DNA of 64,000 nucleotides from Octopus bimaculoides (lineage: Eukaryota): the NCBI RefSeq assembly GCF_001194135.2, contig NC_068990.1, positions 92,800,262 to 92,864,261 of the forward strand, given 5' to 3'. A program made the position numbers and the translations under genes. Below are positions 62,301 to 64,000 of the stretch, piece after piece. Under the pieces are notes generated by a model. That model worked only from the letters and a program-made list of their open reading frames with translations. It searched no databases and had not been told where the DNA came from. Position 1 is the first letter of the stretch. Every line of letters begins with the position of its first letter.

Positions 62301-63169
62301 TTAAACTGTTACACAGCACCTCATACAGTTCACTCCTCTCTGTTGAAATATGAAGAACAGTCCTCAGGAGTTTAGAGACATTGTATAGCCAGAGCAATAG
62401 GTTTGTGGGTCACACTTTGCCATTTGTTAATCTATGGATATGCCACAGGGACCGTTGGATCAAAGCTGACCTGGGCTAAACAACAATAACAAATACCACC
62501 ATATAAAGTTTGGGGGTCACCGTTTTAGTGGGGCTAACAAATGACTAGAAGTCTAAGCACAGATTTACAAGAATAATTGCAAGACATTTACCGTTGTATA
62601 AGCCATTCCAGTGCCTTGTGAGCAGGTTTCAGTAGAAAATAAGGAGACAAACGGAGCAGGAATCGCTTAATGATGGCATCTAGTTTTTTATTAATCTCTG
62701 TACTTTGTACTGATCTGTTGAACAGAACTGATGTTTCAGAAAATAGTTCCAAATGGAATTTGGAAAATTCTTTATCAAACTGCTCCAGTTCTTGTAAACC
62801 ATTGATTCCTGTCAAATAAAAAGTAGAAATTTAACTTTTCACTAACAATTTCACATGACAAAATTAAATACTGTCAAACATTCAGACTTTGAAAAGAAGT
62901 ATTACAGACAAATTAACAGGCAGAAATGGTTAACTTATCAAATTTTTTCCCCACTCAACAAAGCAAAAAACAAGTTTCAACTCAAAACTCACACATTACA
63001 ATAATGATAAATTTATTAAATTACCGATTTCATAAAAAGTCTGTTTGTCTAAACGAGCAGCTTCATCTCTGTCAAATAATAAAGATGCTTTTTTCTTTTT
63101 TTCCTGAATTTGGATGATTTTAGTTTCAGGAATACGTAGTCTTTCCAACTGGCGTTGTAACGATGTCAT
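20809..63169 (-). CDS. HEATR1: HEAT repeat-containing protein 1 (UTP10/BAP28; SSU processome), 2117 aa, 44 coding exons
   Basis: 44 GT-AG exons, total 6354 nt, phases consistent. N-term MTSLQRQLERL..SLLFD, LSPYFLLKPAHKALEWLIQR, PQTHHHALLLL, DDTYSF, C-term LLPETVPFLAELMEDECE..LGEPLQKYF*; all closely match HEATR1/Utp10 family motifs as recalled. Confidence 0.97.
20998..21106 (-). CDS. HEATR1: HEATR1 exon 43 (VRLASL..LLPETVPFLAELME)
   Basis: GT-AG, phase 0/1. Confidence 0.95.
21121..21226. mobile_element. Internally collapsed inverted family H1 locus (termini only)
   Basis: cagtt..catttatcctcat / atgaggacaaatg..gaactg fold-back. Confidence 0.6.
21818..21970 (-). CDS. HEATR1: HEATR1 exon 42 (..LIPCLSQLAVA..DDTLWKSLNYQVLLKT..)
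   Basis: GT-AG, phase 0/0. Confidence 0.95.
22643..22779 (-). CDS. HEATR1: HEATR1 exon 41 (..KCFLYD..FDLLMTPLVDQ)
   Basis: GT-AG, phase 1/0. Confidence 0.94.
22881..23115 (-). mobile_element. RTE-type 3' tail copy
   Basis: Same family. Confidence 0.72.
23685..23785 (-). CDS. HEATR1: HEATR1 exon 40 (LAVSLRSLFLIFAGHIV..NP)
   Basis: GT-AG, phase 2/1. Confidence 0.92.
24048..24087 (+). ncRNA. Minimal hammerhead ribozyme motif (family H2), near intact
   Basis: GATAT CTGAAGA A GGAAT TTTT ATTCT GAA ATAT T ATATC; shares a 5' flank (agtgact(c/t)gatcaattcctagg) with the 42.3 kb copy. Confidence 0.58.
24309..24379 (-). CDS. HEATR1: HEATR1 exon 39 (FFNW..FYRLAE)
   Basis: GT-AG, phase 0/2. Confidence 0.92.
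26540..26800 (+). mobile_element. RTE-type 3' tail copy
   Basis: Same family with (GAT)n tail. Confidence 0.75.
27137..27250 (-). CDS. HEATR1: HEATR1 exon 38 (..LVMKLSESKFKPFFLK)
   Basis: GT-AG, phase 0/0; BP28CT-domain-like motif. Confidence 0.94.
27786..27920 (-). CDS. HEATR1: HEATR1 exon 37 (SYISCLM..FFLTCLEFR..)
   Basis: GT-AG, phase 0/0. Confidence 0.92.
28237..28328. repeat. Perfect 46-bp tandem duplication
   Basis: caaaatagaaattaaccctttaacatttaagccagccatatctgat x2. Confidence 0.92.
28294..28509. mobile_element. piggyBac-type MITE (TTAA-CCC..GGG-TTAA)
   Basis: Left TTAACCCTTTAACATTT; right AAATGCTGAAGGGTTAA; no ORF. Confidence 0.72.
29359..29443 (-). CDS. HEATR1: HEATR1 exon 36 (AVIASKVPPRIL..KNK)
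   Basis: GT-AG, phase 2/0. Confidence 0.9.
29797..29864 (-). CDS. HEATR1: HEATR1 exon 35 (ICCLS..RLKGV)
   Basis: GT-AG, phase 0/2. Confidence 0.88.
30934..31033 (-). CDS. HEATR1: HEATR1 exon 34 (..LLLSTVTALQ..FLSPYI..)
   Basis: GT-AG, phase 2/0. Confidence 0.93.
31093..31272. repeat. Imperfect ~40-bp tandem repeat, about 4.5 units
   Basis: Units begin tgtac/tgtgc and carry either aatataaagca or a(t/c)(g/a)tcaac. Confidence 0.6.
31426..31610 (-). CDS. HEATR1: HEATR1 exon 33 (TLLV..LLCIGEIC..FLL)
   Basis: GT-AG, phase 0/2. Confidence 0.92.
32501..32665. repeat. 23-bp minisatellite, about 7 copies
   Basis: Unit about gcagttactgcaccagcagcaat; degenerate copies extend left to about 32365. Confidence 0.85.
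32830..33000 (-). CDS. HEATR1: HEATR1 exon 32 (HSML..QTAMYSLKLLCR..KK)
   Basis: GT-AG, phase 0/0. Confidence 0.92.
33467..33476. other. Assembly gap (10 N) after a G12 run
   Basis: Seen directly. Confidence 0.99.
33640..34060 (-). mobile_element. Decayed LINE-like 3' end with three C2H2-like motifs
   Basis: ICSICARPC.., ICQVCRRECNSAGGLKHAKVH, FSCQFCARHCRSLAGLKSHV*SQH, then a short UTR running into (TA)n. Confidence 0.55.
34219..34353 (-). CDS. HEATR1: HEATR1 exon 31 (VCTLLP..KKSMDLLNTKL..DM)
   Basis: Donor ATG|gtcaga; phase 0/0. Confidence 0.87.
34754..34921 (-). CDS. HEATR1: HEATR1 exon 30 (IANT..RFWKILL..LLDK)
   Basis: GT-AG, phase 0/0. Confidence 0.92.
35267..35430 (-). mobile_element. 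RTE-type 3' tail copy
   Basis: Same family. Confidence 0.72.
35795..35961 (-). CDS. HEATR1: HEATR1 exon 29 (..HTSKQLRHFKY..ISQ)
   Basis: GT-AG, phase 1/0. Confidence 0.92.
36234..36387 (-). CDS. HEATR1: HEATR1 exon 28 (SSLY..LEFAL..LPTEIKQ)
   Basis: GT-AG, phase 0/1. Confidence 0.87.
36496..36718. mobile_element. piggyBac-type MITE, second family; decayed relatives near 5700, 23250, 25450, 26250, 33150, 34520, 45050
   Basis: TTAACCCTTT..AAAGGGTTAA termini; internal gaatttagtaaaataact..attaagct shared by the relatives. Confidence 0.7.
37343..37588 (-). CDS. HEATR1: HEATR1 exon 27 (..VFVDAFPHIPAHRR..NSQ)
   Basis: GT-AG, phase 0/0. Confidence 0.94.
37706..37895 (-). mobile_element. RTE-type 3' tail copy
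   Basis: Same family. Confidence 0.72.
38132..38260 (-). CDS. HEATR1: HEATR1 exon 26 (EMLLHNVMAVFTF..DDTYSF..PALLA)
   Basis: GT-AG, phase 0/0. Confidence 0.95.
38522..38643 (-). CDS. HEATR1: HEATR1 exon 25 (..KFDMELIVKCIR..PQTHHHALLLL..)
   Basis: GT-AG, phase 1/0. Confidence 0.95.
38869..39436 (+). mobile_element. 5'-truncated RTE-clade LINE 3' end
   Basis: VEGIRGRGRPRKTWDEVMKHDL.., 3' UTR, (GAT)n tail. Confidence 0.85.
39643..39749 (-). CDS. HEATR1: HEATR1 exon 24 (VLEL..EYLKQLLLSC..DQL)
   Basis: GT-AG, phase 2/1. Confidence 0.92.
40349..40489 (-). CDS. HEATR1: HEATR1 exon 23 (..SWQRVIVVLEILQNKKKL..LLSR)
   Basis: GT-AG, phase 2/2. Confidence 0.92.
40817..40911 (-). CDS. HEATR1: HEATR1 exon 22 (FSIKSS..KRLQM)
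   Basis: GT-AG, phase 0/2. Confidence 0.85.
42051..42182 (-). CDS. HEATR1: HEATR1 exon 21 (INKEFY..LLKH)
   Basis: GT-AG, phase 0/0. Confidence 0.9.
42289..42330 (-). ncRNA. Minimal hammerhead ribozyme motif (family H2), apparently intact
   Basis: - strand reads GATAT CTGAAGA A GGAAT TTTTAT ATTCC GAA ATAT T ATATC: stem I GAUAU/AUAUC, stem II GGAAU/AUUCC, palindromic stem III AUAU. Confidence 0.65.
43336..43575 (-). CDS. HEATR1: HEATR1 exon 20 (ELMSQLIPLL..AIKL)
   Basis: GT-AG, phase 0/0. Confidence 0.9.
44754..44933 (-). CDS. HEATR1: HEATR1 exon 19 (LIGQV..FNNM)
   Basis: GT-AG, phase 0/0. Confidence 0.87.
45745..45963 (+). mobile_element. Second tRNA-derived SINE family; other copies near 22320, 25600, 36830, 47380, 48810, 48970, 49420
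   Basis: ggcagtgagctggcagaa..gagttcaaattcc (B box)..gcctttcatcc..aagtacc body. Confidence 0.75.
46244..46422 (-). CDS. HEATR1: HEATR1 exon 18 (MVSMIAALGS..IRKAA..LPR)
   Basis: GT-AG, phase 1/0. Confidence 0.9.
46578..46930 (-). mobile_element. RTE-type 3' end copy
   Basis: Same family; reaches the end of the ORF, with a small internal duplication. Confidence 0.75.
47603..47786 (-). CDS. HEATR1: HEATR1 exon 17 (ELVKY..FLCFLWT..PVP)
   Basis: GT-AG, phase 0/1. Confidence 0.9.
47935..48140 (-). mobile_element. Second (GAT)n-tailed retroposon tail family; other copies near 25810, 27460, 28620, 30720, 40050, 61950
   Basis: Recurrent gagacagattttctat..gccaaccctcacctgtttccaagcaaggtaatatttcccc..gaagactggaaa text. 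Confidence 0.6.
48470..48621 (-). CDS. HEATR1: HEATR1 exon 16 (GTIFWE..VFFG)
   Basis: ttttag| acceptor, phase 1/0; KGTIFW corresponds to recalled human KGDIWW. Confidence 0.86.
49260..49383. repeat. Inverted repeat with 41-bp arms and 42-nt spacer
   Basis: 49260-49300 versus 49343-49383, about 4 mismatches. Confidence 0.85.
49613..49763 (-). CDS. HEATR1: HEATR1 exon 15 (KQIAG..LEKFIDSL..TK)
   Basis: Phase 0/1; LEKFIDSL corresponds to recalled human LKKFIYAL. Confidence 0.86.
49954..50124 (-). CDS. HEATR1: HEATR1 exon 14 (FNMFLD..ILTK)
   Basis: GT-AG, phase 0/0. Confidence 0.88.
50908..50990 (-). CDS. HEATR1: HEATR1 exon 13 (SGNPRQ..ALST)
   Basis: GT-AG, phase 1/0. Confidence 0.85.
51493..51671 (-). 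CDS. HEATR1: HEATR1 exon 12 (NSLKIP..FPKE)
   Basis: GT-AG, phase 2/1. Confidence 0.88.
52814..52896 (-). CDS. HEATR1: HEATR1 exon 11 (RLWQLL..ESEW)
   Basis: GT-AG, phase 0/2. Confidence 0.88.
53068..53160 (-). CDS. HEATR1: HEATR1 exon 10 (ADDTSF..LRLADDVPKVV..)
   Basis: GT-AG, phase 0/0. Confidence 0.92.
53824..54046 (-). CDS. HEATR1: HEATR1 exon 9 (HAVALD..SLYHP..VNV)
   Basis: GT-AG, phase 2/0. Confidence 0.91.
55311..55415 (-). CDS. HEATR1: HEATR1 exon 8 (CVIRVY..RVLEA)
   Basis: GT-AG, phase 2/2. Confidence 0.9.
55835..56200 (+). mobile_element. tRNA-derived SINE with CORE-like centre (near full length); partial copies near 11410, 26000, 50290, 51120, 51910, 53290, 54490
   Basis: Head ggagtggccgtatggtaag..ggttcaggccc (A/B boxes), then gtggcaccttgggcaagtgtc (MIR/CORE-like), (TA)n and tail. 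Confidence 0.75.
56205..56815 (-). pseudogene. Decayed mariner (DD34D) transposase fragment
   Basis: PFLKRTITGDEH*IVYNVE*KGSW; FLQDNT*LHVS; PPRSPNLAPSDYYL; GILKLPQKW*KVVEQNGTYVVE*. Confidence 0.85.
56971..57231 (-). CDS. HEATR1: HEATR1 exon 7 (VCRYLVN..SEVA)
   Basis: Phase 2/2; alternative in-frame acceptor would give top 57222. Confidence 0.88.
58307..58688 (-). mobile_element. tRNA-headed, hammerhead-bearing (family H1, Penelope-end-like) repeat; two tandem units
   Basis: - strand: A box TGGCGTAGTGG (58529-58539), decayed B box (58485-58494), (AAT)n, then GACAC CTGAAGA A GGCTG..CAGCC GAAACGTT (58365-58405); second unit 58542-58680 has lost CTG; locus ends tagaactg on +. Confidence 0.75.
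58811..58902 (-). CDS. HEATR1: HEATR1 exon 6 (FTMK..CLVLLFQTQ..KK)
   Basis: ctccag| acceptor, AG|gtatag donor. Confidence 0.88.
59233..59389 (+). mobile_element. Poly(A)-tailed retroposon fragment
   Basis: gggacccttacaggtgctaccactctggg..cccaggactagtat followed by A28. Confidence 0.55.
59706..60067. mobile_element. Inverted pair of family H1 units
   Basis: Left unit on - (59706-59914, truncated tRNA head); right unit on + (59915-60067) with CTGATGA at 59957-59963 and GAAAC at 59985-59989. Confidence 0.75.
60199..60456 (-). CDS. HEATR1: HEATR1 exon 5 (EFSK..FAFY..DYKAG..IVK)
   Basis: GT-AG, phase 0/0. Confidence 0.93.
61373..61474 (-). CDS. HEATR1: HEATR1 exon 4 (KNGIHLSRQ..DYVQ)
   Basis: GT-AG, phase 0/0. 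Confidence 0.92.
61631..61772 (-). CDS. HEATR1: HEATR1 exon 3 (FNINYY..LPYHE..GVQ)
   Basis: GT-AG, phase 2/0. Confidence 0.94.
62592..62808 (-). CDS. HEATR1: HEATR1 exon 2 (INGLQEL..LEWLIQR)
   Basis: GT-AG, phase 1/2. Confidence 0.95.
63025..63169 (-). CDS. HEATR1: HEATR1 coding exon 1 (MTSLQRQLERL..FYEIG)
   Basis: Acceptor ttttag 7 nt above the ATG (exon top 63176) implies an upstream non-coding exon; donor G|gtaatt. Confidence 0.93.
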
Positions 63170-63294
63170 GATTCTTCTAAAAGAGGGAAAATAAAATAAT
63201 CAATAAATAATGCTTTCACTGCAGTGGTGGAAGTTTGATTCTACACTTGAGAAGATTTACCATATTTAATAATAATAATAATAATAATAGTAGT

Positions 63295-63772
63295 TGTTGT
63301 TTAACGTCCGTTTTCCATGCTGGCATGGGTTGAATGGTTTGACTGAGGTGTGGAGAGCCAGCGGCTGCACCAAGCTCCAATCTGATCTGGCAATGTTTCT
63401 AAAGCTGGATGCCCTTCCTAACGCCAACCACTCCAAGTGTGTAATGGGTGCTTTTTACGTGCCAGTCAGGCAGGCCTGGCATCAATTACATTTGGAGGGT
63501 GCTTTTATGTGCCACTGGCATGGGAGCCAACATGAGGGTACTGGCATCGACCATGTTCGGATGGTGCTTTTTATGTGCCACCAGCACGGGAGCGAGTCAG
63601 GGGGCACTGGCCCCAGCTATGATATCGGTTTTACTCAACAGGTCTTCTCAAGCGTATCATATCGCCCAACGCATCAGGGGTATTCTTAACAAGGCTGGAC
63701 ATGCCTGGCTGTGATCTCACTTCAGTTGCGGTTCTTCTCAACCACAGCATATCTCAAAAGGTCCCGGTCATG
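63295..63772 (-). mobile_element. RTE-type 3' end copy with expanded internal sub-repeats
   Basis: Same family; several ggtgcttttt.tgtgccac units. Confidence 0.75.
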
Positions 63773-64000
63773 TGTACTCATGTACAAGAAATACTATTTT
63801 ATACTTGATTTTAAATGAGAAAACCAGGAGGTGGCTTATTGCATGAGGCAAAGCTATAAACTATGAAGGAAAAAGTTTTGGACTGAGATATGTGGTGCAT
63901 TGCTACACTTGAGAAGACTTGCCCACCACAGCAGAATTGAGATCCTAAAATCGAAGTGCCACATAAAAATCACCCAGTACACTTTGTAAAATGGTTGGCA

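Noticed and set aside
2036-63024. U12-type or non-canonical introns
   Set aside because: All 49 inferred introns are GT-AG and none has the RTATCCTT donor.
1760-63714. Most ORFs in the supplied track (HTHT, IYIY, CVCV peptides; MFLQLDALPNANHS-type peptides)
   Set aside because: They are translations of microsatellites or of RTE/SINE tails; only those overlapping HEATR1 or eIF4E exons or TE fossils are meaningful.

Overview
AT-rich, microsatellite- and retroposon-laden animal DNA. The repeat families and proteins look like an Octopus-type (coleoid cephalopod) genome; that assignment is inference. Two convergent spliced genes fill the window. (1) Class I eIF4E on +: 7 coding exons, 2006-19041, 219 aa. 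(2) HEATR1/UTP10 on -: 44 coding exons, 63169-20809, 2117 aa, assembled exon by exon with GT-AG ends and consistent phases; a non-coding first exon probably lies beyond the window. Introns carry RTE-LINE 3' fragments, two tRNA-derived SINE families, TTAA-CCC (piggyBac-type) MITEs, a mariner fossil and a zinc-finger-bearing LINE tail. The most striking signal is two unrelated dispersed repeat families that share a minimal hammerhead-ribozyme architecture: stem I-CUGANGA-A-stem II-GAA-palindromic 4-nt stem III-U-stem I. All three helices differ in sequence between the families yet keep pairing. This resembles the dimer-cleaving hammerheads of Penelope-like elements. One family is fused to a tRNA/Pol III head and occurs as tandem and inverted units, suggesting a SINE/retrozyme-like system. 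One copy of the other family (42289-42330) looks intact and lies in the sense strand of HEATR1 pre-mRNA. All structures were read by eye; no folding or database search was run.
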